Assembly (NCBI GenBank): GCA_951406725.2
Contig: OX597817.1
Coordinates: 154,132,001-154,196,000, forward strand
Direction of reading: 5' to 3'
Length of the DNA stretch: 64,000 bases
Source of the DNA: Octopus vulgaris
Lineage: Eukaryota
Positions 1 to 14,211 of the stretch are shown here, in pieces. Position 1 is the first letter of the stretch, and the number at the start of each line of letters is the position of its first letter. The notes beneath the pieces are model-generated. The model made no database searches. It saw only the letters and a program-made list of their open reading frames with translations, and was not told the DNA's origin. A program made the position numbers and the translations under genes.

Positions 1-50
1 TACAGCTGTTTCTGGGAGATATTAGGGATATCTCTTCATCAGAGACGATG
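1..50 (-). ncRNA. Type I hammerhead ribozyme motif, truncated by the window edge
   Basis: Minus strand: CTGATGA-A-GAGATAT/ATATCTC-cca-GAAAC-AGCT-GTA; palindromic helix III. Confidence 0.6.
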
Positions 51-118
51 TCATTTTTACAACTGTCTTTCATTGAAAAAATATATGTTGACATAACACA
101 ATCTATGCTTTCCATCAG

Positions 119-214
119 ATCTTGGTGATTTCTCCAACGTCATCCCGGAACCGGTTTATGCTGATGCTTACGAGTCAACCTCAATTCATTGCAGCCACAT
201 TTCATTTAAACCAG
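119..214 (+). CDS. CNTN: Contactin-like exon, N-terminal half of Ig2
   Basis: catcag|...|gtaatt; 96 nt, phase 1-1; xLGDFSNVIPEPVYADAYESTSIHCSHISFKP. Confidence 0.8.
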
Positions 215-372
215 GTAATTTGTATATATTTTTACACCATCTCTAAAATGCTTTTCTTCATTATAGCAGTACGGGCGTAGTTAGTATCTTAGAACTAACA
301 CTGCGCTCACTGCATGATCAAAAGAGATAGATTTCGCTTTTCTTTTGTTACATTAGTAATATATAGTATATA

Positions 373-730
373 TAGGCGAAGGCGTGGTTGTGTGGTAAGC
401 ACACGGTTCCAGTTTAATCTCACTGGTTTAATCCGCATTTAGCCTTGTGAATGAACTTATTAAACGGAAACCGAAAGAAGCCCGTCGCATATATGCATAT
501 GTATATCTACGTGTGTCTTTGTGTCTGTGTTTGTCTCCACCACTACCGCTTGACAAACGTTGCTGGTGTGTTTACGTCCCCGAACTTGGTTCGGCAAAAG
601 AAACCGATAGAATAAGTACCAGGCTTTAAAAATATAAGTATTGGAGTAACGACATTCGACTAAAAATGCTTCAAGGCATTGCTCCAGCATGGCCGTGTTC
701 TAATGATGAAAACAAGTAAAAGATAAAAAA
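373..730 (+). mobile_element. SINE family A (tRNA-like head, CORE-like segment), old copy
   Basis: Diverged match to family A: taggcg..ggcgtggttgtgtggtaag ... gctccagcatggcc...gaaaacaagtaaaaga. Confidence 0.8.
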
Positions 731-1637
731 AGACATATACAGCTTAAAAATGTAAGTAAAAAAGGAGGCACATCTTCACGCTTAAAAAAATAAACAGGAA
801 ATAGAAATAGAATAATGTGGTCTGAGATTTACAAGCTGAAATGCTTTTTGTCGTTTGCGTCCTTGATCAGGGCTGATCTGAGGTTTAGCAACAACATCGG
901 CAAACTGCAACAGCGGCGACAAAAACAATTACAAAAAACGATTATGTCGTTACAAGTAATGTAAAATTAACTGATGTCACGTTCGTTTGAAATTTTGAGC
1001 CATGCTTATTTTCGGTAGTAAAAACAACAAAATGATACATTCACTGTACATAACAAGTAAACGTTATCCCGGCTCACGTTGGCTTCAGATGCTAGGTCTC
1101 ACCATCCTTGTGGACCTCTTCAGCGAACACATCCTCAACAAAGCAATGTTTGTATATCAATGAGTGGCATTCCCTTTCAGAGTAAGAAAATACTTCAGTT
1201 TTCTATATTTGGTGACTCTATAAGTCTAAGATAAGGACTACAATGGAATACTGGTCCCACTTCTTGGACGGTATTGCTGCTATATAGATATACACTCTAG
1301 ACAACACCCAAAGATAACTCGACTGGTTGGCAAGGTGTCTTTTATAAACATACTCCAGCCAATGGTCTATAGGGGTGGTGCATACTTTCTCTGATTTTCT
1401 TCTACCAATACTATAGAAGCATGTAATTTTTGTACTTCCTCCACTCAGGAACTCTCACCCCACTTGTCTCTTCTCTCATCCTTCATTTTGACTTAATCCT
1501 GCCTAGGTCCAACTCTAATCATCAGCCCCGTTCTAAGCTTCCCGATTTCATTTCAATTTAATAGAGTTTACGAAGGTAACAGACACAGCCTTTCTGCAGA
1601 TCAAGCAAATGAAAAATGTTGTTGAGGTTAATATATT

Positions 1638-1879
1638 ATTCTTTACTACCCACAAGGGGCTAAACACAGAGGGGACAAACAAGGACAGATAAACAAGGAC
1701 AGACAAACGGATCAAGTCGATTACATCGACCCCAGTGCGTAACTGGTACTTTATTTATCGACCCCGAAAGGATGAAAAGCAAAGTCGACCTCGGCAGAAT
1801 TTGAACTGAGAACGTAACGCCAGACGAAATACGGCTACGCATTTCGCCCGGCGTGCTAACGTTTCTGCCAGCTCGCCGC
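1638..1879 (-). mobile_element. SINE family G
   Basis: gcggcgagctggcagaaacgttagcacg...gagttcaaattc...gaggtcgactttgc.tttcatcctttcggggtcgat; further monomers at 21750-21975 (-), 33643-33838 (-), 44822-45040, 60995-61162. Confidence 0.88.
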
Positions 1880-2298
1880 ATATCAACCTTGATGTTGATA
1901 TAGCCTTAGGTTCACTCCAGTCAAGCACATTTAATAAAGACCTTTCAAACCGTTACAATCCGTGAAGAACTTCATTATTCAATGTGCCCTTCAGTTTCGA
2001 AAATGGTACGATGGAATTTCGGAGTAAATTTGGTTGCAATTTCTAACAGACTGAGCGACCATTTAGAGGTTCTTTCGTTGTCTTGATGATGCCTCAACGG
2101 AGTGAAGTTTTATACGTATGAGATGAGTTTACAACTGGATATCGATCCTGAGAATCGATATCCATTTCATTTTACTTATGTTTCATGGTAAAGGTATGAA
2201 CTCAATTATAGATTTCTAAATTCCGTTAACATCCGTAATCCTGTTTCTATAGAAGTATTTAATATTTCTAACTCCTATCCATTTCCATGTGTCTTCAG

Positions 2299-2538
2299 CA
2301 ATAACGTATCAATGGGTGATAGGTGACATGAATTTCGTTCGAACTACAAAGCAAAAATACATGTTTATATCCAGGAACGGCCAACTGTATTTCTCAGAAG
2401 TTTCCTCAGCAGACATGGGAGAATATCGATGCCTTGCTACCTTATTTATCAAACATCATATAAACGATGTTGATCACATTCCGTCACAACTTCCAAGTCG
2501 CATAAGTAACGCCATTCGACTAATTGTTAGAAACAAAA
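2299..2538 (+). CDS. CNTN: Contactin-like exon, C-terminal half of Ig2
   Basis: cttcag|...|gtaagt; 240 nt, phase 1-1; ITYQW...YMFISRNGQLYFSEVSSADMGEYRC. Confidence 0.9.
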
Positions 2539-2829
2539 GTAAGTTTCTTTATTTACTATTTCATAATATTTAATAGTAACACATTATTTGCAGTTATCTT
2601 TCGTAAAATTTGATAACGTCATAGAGAACTGGTTCACTCTCAGGTTTGTCATATAGGGTTTTGGGGCTAATTTTGACAATATTTTATATCTCCTTTTTTT
2701 TCAGGTTCAGCTTGATGTATTGGTAAACAGTCAACTACGTTGGGAAGCATGAGGATTAAAGTTTTAATTGAGAAAAAAAAATTAGTTGACATGAAGTAGA
2801 AGCCATTTGAATATTTAAGGAGTTACTTG

Positions 2830-3260
2830 TGTCATGGTGATTCGCCCGACATCACGAGTGCTGCTCAATGCTCTGTGTACCTCATAAATGCTGCAAGACG
2901 TGACATGGAGAGTATGAAAATGAAGTTCCCCAAACTCTGATAGTGTTTGGGTGTGTCAAACATCATGCCGCCTCACATTATTGAACAGGGCCTTAGGCTG
3001 GAGACTGTGGTCAAATCCTGGCTGGAGAGAGTTGCTGCTGAAAAATCATATGTGTGGCATCAGGATTCGGCTTCTTCCCATACCTCCGGAAAAAGTCAGA
3101 ACTGGTTTGTCAGAGAATTTCTATGACTTTCATCGGCCTCAATTTTTTGCCTCATAATTCCCTCAATTGTAACCCTATGGGTTAGTATGTGCGGGGCGAA
3201 GTTGAGATTAGCATCAACCGTTCTGCCTGCAACACCGAGGCCGAGCCGATGGCCAGGATT
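2830..3260 (+). mobile_element. Tc1/mariner (maT/DD37D-like) transposase fragment
   Basis: IMPPHI, ETVVK.WLERVA..YVWHQDSA.SHTS, P.NS...NPM. Confidence 0.75.
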
Positions 3261-3601
3261 CAGGATACAGTAAGAAACACATGAGCCAGGTTAGGGTATT
3301 GCCTTCACGATCGCAAAAATCGTGGTTTCGATTCTATGATTAGGCAGTGCGTTGTGTTCTTGAGCCAAAAATTTCGTTTGACGCTGGTTCGTGTTTACTT
3401 TGACATCTATTGGATGGAACACCTTGTACATGTCGATTTAATGGAGGGAGTGAGCCAGTGTACAACACAAACATTTCATCTCTATAAAAAAATCTGTGTA
3501 CAGTATCGTTTCAAGCAAGAAGTTGCAGAACACTCATATGTCATTTACGACAGGAGGGTCACCACATATAATATAATGTAATATAATATAATATTAAATA
3601 A

Positions 3602-4000
3602 TCTTTATATATAACAGAGAAGTTGTGTGTCTGTCTCCTACAATTTAGATTCCTAACTACTCCCACATTTTGCGGTGCAGTGTAACCAAAAGCGGGTATC
3701 TTATAGTCGTGATTCATATAGAGCCCTTCTGAGTATTGGCGTGCGTCTACGATGAGTCTACGAGTTAAAAAAAAATTTACCATCATTTTTTCCCATTTTT
3801 AATGCATTTTTTGCAATTATATAAGGGAAGTAACTCTCTAAAAATGTATTATTAAATCTCAAAACGTAAAAAGCTACAGTAACACCCCCCCCCCCTTTGT
3901 GGTTAGCCATATTGAGATGGCTATTATACTTTACATTTCTAAAAATGCTTATATAGTTATTTCCCTTACAAACCCGAGCAACGCCTGGCGATACTGCTAG
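3602..4000 (+). mobile_element. Non-autonomous Helitron
   Basis: A|TC start, subterminal hairpin cccgagcaacgcc(t)gg, CTAG|T end; no TSD. Confidence 0.88.
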
Positions 4001-4887
4001 TATAATATAATGTAATATAATATAATATAATATAATATAACCTGCATACATACATATCATTATTATTTTTCTAGTAACTTGGGTTTTGTTGGAACTCCTG
4101 CAGACTTGCATGCGTAGTGAGCTTGCTACTTGCAGCTTACGGTATCATGCTATCTGTTCTTTTGAACTATCTAATACTTTTTTTCTTGAGATGTTCGTTT
4201 GGCTGTCCAGTTGGAGAATACAGTAGGACTTGTACAATGAAAAGGATGTTTACATTTTCGAATACTCAGGGAGGGAGGATAGGATAAGTAGTTACACATT
4301 AGTTGTAGATATTAAAGGATTTTTTTTTAAAGCTGATCGTTTGTGTGTTCGAAAGCTGTAGGTATGTAAGTTCCCTAACTTATTTTATTTTGAGGGAGAT
4401 TTAAAATATTCGCAGGAAATTGTAGATATCCAGTCTTTGGGAATAGTCGGAGGAAGAGGTGTTCACCTTGTTGGATTTTTGAATTTCTGAATTTCTTTTT
4501 CTATTTCTTTTGGAATTTTTCTTTTCTTTTTAAATGTTTTGCCGTGGTTTGCAGTTTTTGTAGTTGTGTAGTTTGTATATATTGGCAGGTGCTTACTTCT
4601 TTAATTTTTTTATCGTGCATTTAATTCTGTTGTTACAATAAAAGGCATGTTTATATATTCTGTTAGTCAGGGAAGAAGGGAAGACAAAATGTTCTCACAA
4701 AATTGAAGATATTAAAGTTTCTAAATGTTTTTTGATGTGTTCGTTTGTATGTTCAAAGCTGTAGATATGTAAGTTCCTTAATTTATTTTGAGGGAAATTC
4801 AAAATACTCACAGAAAACTGTAGATATTCCTGTCTTTTAGAGTTACTTTGTCAGTTGTCCTGCTGGGTTGTATTAGCGTTTCTGTGT

Positions 4888-4895
4888 CATTATTA

Positions 4896-4986
<91 letters not shown>

Positions 4987-4997
4987 CATTATTATTA

Positions 4998-5059
<62 letters not shown>

Positions 5060-5071
5060 ATTATTATTATA

Positions 5072-5106
<35 letters not shown>

Positions 5107-5171
5107 CATTATTATTATCATTATTATTATCATTATTATTATTATTATTATCATTATTATTATTATTATTA

Positions 5172-5203
<32 letters not shown>
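4888..5203. repeat. (ATT)n microsatellite
   Basis: Seen directly; similar tracts at 11758-11872, 15235-15304, 23393-23578, 62621-62791, 63348-63526. Confidence 0.98.
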
Positions 5204-5204
<1 letters not shown>

Positions 5205-6092
5205 GTTAATTCACTCTGAAACGTAACCAAATATTGAGTATAAAATTCCGTATGTAATCCCCTATTAGCAGAGTTGTGTGTAGGGCTTGGAAAAATAAAC
5301 TCTCAACTCCAAATAATATTTCCCACTTAGGTGTTATTAGGTACCGTTGCAAAAAGCAAAGCCTTATACAAGTGGTGAGTGAATGTACGTAATTGAATAT
5401 TTTAATTGTAATACAAGGTAAAATTCTGCAATAATTTATGAAAAGAAAGAAGGTTTCTTTGAATGCCATACTTCCTCGCAATAGGTACACTTCAAAGACA
5501 AACTAGATAAGAAACTTACTGGAAAGGAATATCAAGGATTCTTAATATATATATATATTTCAGAATAATGTGTATCTGCAGCATAACATTTAATCCGTGA
5601 TGTCAAATCCTAAACGACCTCTGTGGCAAACTGTCTTCGCTTTCTTTTTTCTGGGTGTTCTCCTCTGTTACGTCATAAACTTGAATCTAAAATCTTTAAC
5701 AGAGCGTGACAGACCCAAAACATATCCGCTCAAAACTTCATACTTCTAACCCTTAATTTTTTCTCTGACAGATATTGTTGATCTGAAATTTCATATACGG
5801 ACATATACAGAGATACTCAAACTCTGGGTTAAGCAAGTTCTGGCAATAATCAGTTGCATTGTCCATTGTCATTGATGCAGACACAGAAATGCTTTGTGAC
5901 AGGCCGAAGAATTTAAACTTCACTTTGACTTACTTTTATTATTTATTATTAACTTTATTTGTCTTTCTTTATTTGGTCTAATCTTCCTGTCTATATCATT
6001 TTGATTTAATGTCTCTTTCCACCACATTTCAAAATATTAGACACGCAGACGACGCAAGCATACACGCAACCTCCATTATATATGCGTGCGTG

Positions 6093-6123
<31 letters not shown>

Positions 6124-6194
6124 ATGTATGTAAAAATTCTTGCATATATACATACACATGTAAATATATATATATATGTATGTATACACACACG

Positions 6195-6271
<77 letters not shown>

Positions 6272-6839
6272 CTTGGAATTATATTTCAATTGTATTAGTA
6301 ATCAGATCCGCCCGTGAAATATGAGTTCAGTATACACGAAGAAGCACAGAAAACCTACACCGTCGCTACAACCATTTCCTCTCGGACCATATAACAGGTT
6401 TTGTGTAAGAGTCACTTCTCAGGAAGAAGGAAAGAATGTAATAGGCTGTTTAGCCTATTTTTTTGTAGTTAGGATTATCTAACTTCCCAATTTTTAATTA
6501 TTAATATAGAATGAAGTGATTACAATATCAATGCCATCGTTTAAATTCATCGAAAGTTTGGGAACTTGGGCCCTTCTAACTAAATATATGAGATTTTGCA
6601 AATTTGAAATGTTCTTTCTACCTTGCTGCTCATCCGAATACACGAAACCTAAGATTTCATGAGCGGAGAAAAAAGTTTATATCATTATTTCATATATCTT
6701 TGTTTCTGCATGTATTATATTTTAACTTGCATATGCATCAGATCCCTTTGTGTTTCTATGTTGTCATTCTTCATAACAAAATAATCATCTAGATATCTTT
6801 TCCAACTCTCCTTCATGTATTGGTAAAAGGAGTTTCCAT

Positions 6840-7110
6840 ATTTTTGTTGTGATTCTTGATACATAGTCAATTCGAAGTAGTCCCGAAGGGATAGAAAGCT
6901 TAAACGAATTCAAGACATTTCTCAGTTGTGTAAACACAGCCATGCAATTTACAATGGAATACAGCAAAGAGAAACTTACTAAAAAGAAAAGTCGATAAAG
7001 AAATTGAAACTGACTTTTATTATAAACCCACAGACTCGAAGCAATATCTAATTTTTAACTCATGCCGTTTTAAACACATTAATATATATCCCTTTCAATT
7101 TTGCATATTA
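6840..7110 (+). mobile_element. Penelope-like RT remnant
   Basis: LNEFKTFL..VN.AMQFTMEYS and KEIETDFYYKPTDSKQYLIFNSC. Confidence 0.75.
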
Positions 7111-7276
7111 GTATCTGATAAAAACAAATACCCATGAATTATGCCTTATCGAAATTAAAACCACACTCGAGGACAGATACTATACACGTCCACAAGAAAT
7201 GAGATAAAACGTGCCAAGACAATTGATAGCCATACAATATGAGAAATAAAACCAATTAACACACTTGTACACTTTA

Positions 7277-7351
<75 letters not shown>

Positions 7352-7402
7352 TTATAGCTCTTTATTTTTTGCTTTATTAATTTCAATGTTTTCTTTCTAC
7401 AG

Positions 7403-7523
7403 TTTCCAAAGGAAACTGGGGTCCTGTTATTCACAATGACTTCATTGCTGCATTCCCAACCCAACCTACGATTGGTGACGATGTCTATCTGGAATGTTTT
7501 GCTCAAGGATCATCGGATGATTC
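7403..7523 (+). CDS. CNTN: Contactin-like exon, N-terminal half of Ig3
   Basis: ctacag|...|gtaaga; phase 1-2; SKGNWGPVIHNDFIAAFPTQPTIGDDVYLECFAQGSSDD. Confidence 0.9.
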
Positions 7524-9703
7524 GTAAGAATTTTGTGTTCTCTTCATAAATTTTCATGTCTCGGTAAACTGTTTGGATTATGGCGTTCCACCCTATCGTT
7601 CAACATTTAAAATCTAGTCTCTGCCATATCTAATAGCCCTAATTATTACTTATACGCACTACTACTTATAGAAGCTTACTAATAACTGAAATAAATGCCA
7701 AGTGTTGTGACACCTTTCGGTCATGAATGACCATGGAATTGCACCTAGAAAGTTACCCTCCGAGACACAAGTCTGGGCAAGGTTATTTATGGAAGACCAG
7801 CAATCGCCCGTGCATACCAGCCTCCCCTCTTCACACCACTAACGTTATCCAAGAGAAAGGCAAAGGCCGATACAGCTTTGCACCAGTGACGTCGCAGCTC
7901 ATTTATTAACGTGTAAGTGGCTGAGCACTCCACATACACGTGTACCGTTAACGTAGTTCTCGGGGAGATTCAGCGTGACACAGAGTGTGATAAAGCTGGC
8001 CCCTTTGAAAATGCCAAGTACTGTGACATTGGTTATTGTTTCATGACCTTGAAATATTGGTTGGGTTATATCCTATGACCTTTTGAAAGGCAGTAGTGTA
8101 TGATTTTAAAAGAGATCCGGATGCTATCTCTTGCATCCAACTCTCTAAAATCCCGTAGTCCCTGAACCTACTAGAAGGTTGAGTAACTACGTAAAAGATT
8201 TTTTGTTGATTTACGATGGTTGAAATATTTAGAAGTAGGAGAAGACATTTTATGACGTTCATCCCATTTCGAATGACACTAGCGACGTCAGTGAAATGAA
8301 ATAACTCTTCATATCGATTTCATCCACTGATATGATATTATAGAAATGAATGCTGGCATCTAGTAGTGAGGCTAGTAGTGGTAGTGGTAGTGGTAGTGGT
8401 AGTGGTGGTTCCTAAGGCTTTGCTGCAGTTCTAATGCTTTGTTGTTCGTCAAGGCTTTGGCGATTTATTTTTTGATGATTTATTTTTGAAGCCGGTAGTA
8501 CTGGTGGCGCATGGTTCGGTAGTTAGAGCGTCGGTCTCTCAATCATAAGGTAGTGAGTTCGATCCCTGGATCGGGCTGTGTGTTGTGTTCTTGAGCAAGA
8601 CACTCTATTTCCCGTAGCTCCATTTCACTCTGCAGTAGAAATGAGTTGCGTCGTCACTGGTGTCAACCTGTATCGGTCTTTGCTTTTCTCTTGGATAACA
8701 TCGGTGGCGTGGAGAAGGGACGCTGGTATGCATGGGTGACTGCTGGTCTTCCATTGAGTGAGAGAGCAGTGCATGCCATCAAAGTGACACTGGGGTAAAA
8801 TATACGAAGCCCAGTATACCCATCATGACTACCCGTCTGATAAGGGTACACCAGGCACATGCATCACAACCATATGTGCGCGACATGGTGATCTCATATC
8901 AAGATAAACATCACATGACCTTGCAGGTGGGGCCCAGTTAGAATTTTCTTCTGGTTGAGTAGCCCATCCGAGCAAAAGGTCCCTGAATAAGGACTGTTTA
9001 AGGATGTTGAACGAAACACCCATGTTTCCAGAGGTGAATTATCCAAACCTCTCAGAATTCCTTTTAACATATAGCTATGATGCTCCCCCACTACTTCTGC
9101 TCATGATCAGAGATGCACAAATCGTCAGCCACTATGAGACATGGCCAACTGGTTAAGGTCAAACAACTGACAAGCAAATCTGCGGTATTTCCCTCTGAAG
9201 TACAAGTTCATCTGAGGTTGTTTGTGGAAGGCTAGCAGTCGCCCATGCATACAAGCCTGCCTTCTCCACGCCACCAGGGAAATGAAATAACTCTTCATAT
9301 AGATTTCATCTACTGATATGATATTATAGAAATGAATGTAGTGAGGCTAGTAGTGGTAGTTGTAGTGGTGGTTCCTAAAGCTTTGCTGCAGTTCTAATGC
9401 TTTGTTGTTCGTCAAGGCTTTGGCGACTTATTTTTTGATGATTTATTTTTAAAGTCGGTAGTACTGAAGGCGCATGGCTCAGTGGTTAGAGAGTCGAGCT
9501 TACGATCGTGAGGTTGTAAGTTCGGATCCCGGACTGGGTTGCGTGTTGTTCACGTAGCTCCGTTTCACTCAGCAGTAGAAATGAGTTGCGACGTCACTGA
9601 TGTCAAATATTTGCTGTAGCCCATGTTTTATACCAAGACAAAACAATGTATATGATAACATTATTATTATGAATATTTCTAAATTTTATTTTTAACATTT
9701 TAG

Positions 9704-9885
9704 AAATAAAATGATCTACAGTTGGAGCAAAGTTGACGGAAAATTCTCTGACAGAGTAATTTTAAGTGATCTCAACCGAGTATTGCTCATAAAAGAAGCT
9801 AGGTGGGAAGACGAAGGACAATATAAATGTACTGTACAAGGCCAAATAGCACAAGACGAGAGGGTATATTCCCTTCGTTTTCAAA
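9704..9885 (+). CDS. CNTN: Contactin-like exon, C-terminal half of Ig3
   Basis: ttttag|...|gtgagt; phase 2-1; MIYSWSKVDG...LNRVLLIKEARWEDEGQYKC. Confidence 0.9.
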
Positions 9886-10982
9886 GTGAGTAGTATATAA
9901 CATTCTTTTTATCTTCTTTTTTAATAGTTATATTTACCAAATTTACTTTCCGGTGTCTAAGTTATTGTTTCGTGTCCTATGCTAGGAAGACTTGAAAATT
10001 AAAAGATGAACTTTGGCTGAATTACTAATTCATTAGGACGCATTATCATGATTCAAATTTTTTTTATTTAATTTCAGCTGATATGAAAGAGATTTTTACC
10101 ATAACTTTATTACACTTAAGCAAGAAATTATTTCGTTTAAACTGAACCTTTTTTCTGATGGAATACGAAAAATGCAAAACACAGAATGCTACGTTTCCCA
10201 TATCTGCAAACCGGCGTTTGAATGGACATAAATGGTAACACTAGAAAAAATATCCTCATAAGAATTCATGTTGTTAAATTAAAATGGTCCAAATTCTACA
10301 ATTTGAGTATATTTGATGTTGAGTAATAGAATTCTTTCTAATTTTGGCAGAAAGACAGTAATTTTGAAGGGATGGCTAAGTCAATTACATCGATACCAGT
10401 CTTCTACAGGTACTTATTTTATTGACCCCCACCCCCGTGCTCAGTTGGTACCTATTTTATCACCCACAGTGCTCAGTTGGTACTTATTTTATCGACCCTG
10501 AAAAGAAGAAAGGCAGAGTCAACCTCGGTGATTTTTGCACAAAGAACGTAAAAAGCTAAGAACGAAATACCGCTGAGCATTTTGTCCGTTGGGATAAAGA
10601 TTCAGCCAGCTCAATAAATTAAGGTTGAATTATAAAATAAAATAGTACATTTATTCCGAGGAGAAAATGCATTCGGTCAAAAGAACCAACACTTTCTCAT
10701 CTGGAACTATTGCAGTTTTCTTAGCTTTCTCAATGTGTCCGTTGAAATGTATTTTTCTTATTGTCGTTTCACCCTAGATCAGCTCTGATTCATTACATCT
10801 ATCATGTGTATGATTAATAGCATTCCAACCATGACCATGCCATCATTTCACAGGTCTATAGGATGGCATTATCAAAAGTATTGTTTCATTATTTAAGAAG
10901 GTATGGTATGATTTGAGGGAAACAAGTTTGCTACATCTAATAGGCTTTCTTTTTGGCTCAACCATTCAAAGTTTATTTATTG

Positions 10983-11139
10983 TGGAGTGGCTGTGTGGTA
11001 AGTAGCTTGCTTACCAACCACACGGTTCCGAGTTCAGTCCCACTGCGTGGCATCTTGGGCAAGTGTCTTCTGCTATAGCCTCGGGCCGACCAAAGCCTTG
11101 TGAGTGGATTTGGTAGACGGAAGCTGAAAGAAGCCTGTC

Positions 11140-11201
<62 letters not shown>

Positions 11202-11408
11202 ATGTGTTTGTGTGTCTGTGTTTGTCCCCCCAACATCGCTTGACAACCGATGCTGGTATGTTTACGTCCCCGTTACTTAGCGGTTCGGCAAAATAGACCG
11301 ATAGAATAAGTACTAGGCTTACAAAGAATAAGACCTGAGGTCGATTTGCTCGACTAAAAGGCGGTGCTCCAGCATGGACGCAGTCAAATGACTGAAACAA
11401 GTAAAAAG
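10983..11408 (+). mobile_element. SINE family A
   Basis: ggagtggctgtgtggtaag...cttgggcaagtg...(TA)n(TG)n...ggcggtgctccagcatgg...gaaacaagtaaaaaga. Confidence 0.9.
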
Positions 11409-11756
11409 AAATCTGTAAATATGCTTGCTCTTCCAATAGGTTAATGTGTGCACATAATCAAGAAGATAATCTCCTTAACTCCCTTCAGAGTGACTATGTC
11501 ATCTCTTACCGAATCGTAAAACATTGTAAAATTCTGCTTGCATTCAAGAAGTGACGATAATTTAACAAACAGAAAATGGCATTAGAGGATGTCATATGAA
11601 ACCTATAGAAAGTTAGTTAATATTCTGTACGTCATTTTTTCCTTGTAACACCACGCATTTAAATGACCATGAATTCGGTTTAACAAACAATGTGAACATT
11701 TGAATGTCCATATCAAATTGTGATTAAAATAGATAAATATAATTGCTAAATGCATA

Positions 11757-12459
<703 letters not shown>

Positions 12460-13817
12460 GAGGGAAGCTGATTTCCAACATGTAGGAGGAAGGCTTTTAG
12501 AGTATTTTGCCTGGATCAATGAAAAGCCTGCAGTCATCTGATTTGTATGAATCAGATTTGCAGAGTTGTTGCATGAGAGACTCAGTATCATTACAATAGC
12601 AAAGGTTATTTTCCATTTTGAAAAATGTTAAAAGTTGTTCATGCCAATGAGGAGCAGTTGTGATGCGACCACCGGTTTCCAGCAGGTTACGTTGCTTCAT
12701 TCTTGGTCCCAGTACTTCTGCCTTTTCTTTAGACAAGCCCGGGTCCCTAATAAGATCAAAAAGAGCTCCCTGGTTAAACGGTATAAATTCAGTTAAGGCG
12801 GCGAGCTGGCAGAAACGTTAGCACGCCGGGCGAAATGCTCAGCGGTATTTCGTCTGCCGTTACGTTGTGAGTTCAAATTCCGCCGAGGTCGACTTTGCCT
12901 TTCATCCTTTCGGGGTCGATAAATTAAGCACCAGTTACGCACTGGGGTCGATGTAATCGACTTAATACCTATGTCTGTCCTTGTTTGTCCCCTCTATGTT
13001 TAGCCCCTTGTGGGTAATAAAGAAATAGGTATAAATTCAGTTGGCTCCGGTTCGTCTTGATAATCATCATCCATAGAGCTGCTACTGGAATCTGTGCTCA
13101 GCTCGTGTTCAGCAGGTGGGACTGGAACCGGTAATTCTTCATTAGTCGGATTGCTGAAAGATTGTGGTATTGTATTGTAGTTTGTGTCTTGATAGTTATT
13201 CCTTTGATGTTTGTAAGGCAGAAGTAGCTTACTATGGTCTCTGAGTTCTCGCTACACCATTGGTATGGCAAAAGATAAACCTGCACTTCGCTTTCCAATC
13301 ATCCATTCACTCAAGTGATTGACACAAGAGCTACACACTATATGAGGCGCCCATTTCTTTTCTTGGTCTCCTAATGAGATTTTAAAGTAGGCTTTGTAGT
13401 TAAATCTAGCTGCTTTGGTGGTAAGTTTCTTAATGCTTTCTTGAGTGAAGAGTTCACAAATATAACAATATCGGTTGGGATCATTTACATACTTGTGGTG
13501 TTCCATTTTTTCCAATAGAGTCAGTGATTGTGAATTGTTACAATAAAAGCCTTTGTTAGTTGTAACTGAGTGATCTGAAAAAAAGAAAATAAAAAATCGG
13601 TTGATAATAAGCAAATATAATAAGTGTAGCATGGAGAAAATAGTATGAGTTACCTAATATGAGTCACAAAAACTGATATGTTGGTTCTCGAAAACTAGAG
13701 CCGATACGGCTTAACCGTTGTCATATTCAGAATCAGCACCTTTGATTACCCATAACTGAGACCAGATCGTACCAAAACCATGAAAAAAATTTTTTTTCTT
13801 TTTTTTGTTGACCAGTA
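12460..13817 (-). mobile_element. Chapaev3-like (CMC) DNA transposon: 5' end and decayed transposase
   Basis: NDPNRYCYIC...GDQEKKWAPHIVCSSC...W...FAIPMV..YFCLTNIKG; LIRD.GLSKEKAE; RLFID..K...LLH.GNQLPS; terminus tACTGGTCAAC (family assignment from recalled motifs). Confidence 0.75.
12796..13027 (+). mobile_element. SINE family G inserted into the Chapaev3-like transposase
   Basis: Flanked by a GGTATAAATTCAGTT-type TSD. Confidence 0.9.
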
Positions 13818-14211
13818 TTATCGACTCTGATAAGGTGAAAGCAAAGTTTTCTTCGGAAGAATTTGAACACAGAATGTAAAGATCCGAAACAAATAATGCT
13901 ATAACGATTCTGCCAATCAACCAATCGTCTAAACAGCAATAGATATAATATAACTATATTCAACACAAGTACAACGCCGCAAATTTGGGGCGAAAAGGAT
14001 TAATAGATTAAATTGGCTCCATCACTTCGTTGGTACTTTATTTTACCGGCCCAGGAAGGACGAAAGACAAAGCTGGCCCCGACAAGATTTTAACTTAGAA
14101 TTTGAACAAAAGTTGCAAGCCATTTTGTCGGATGTTTAATAATTCTGCCTATCCACGATCCCGCACAAGAATTAATACAATAATTGTTAATAATAAATTG
14201 TTTCCAGGGTT

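Noticed and set aside
4808-5230. Poly-N/I/Y/L ORFs and the many CVCV, YIYI, HTHT ORFs
   Set aside because: Translations of microsatellites with no splice or domain support.
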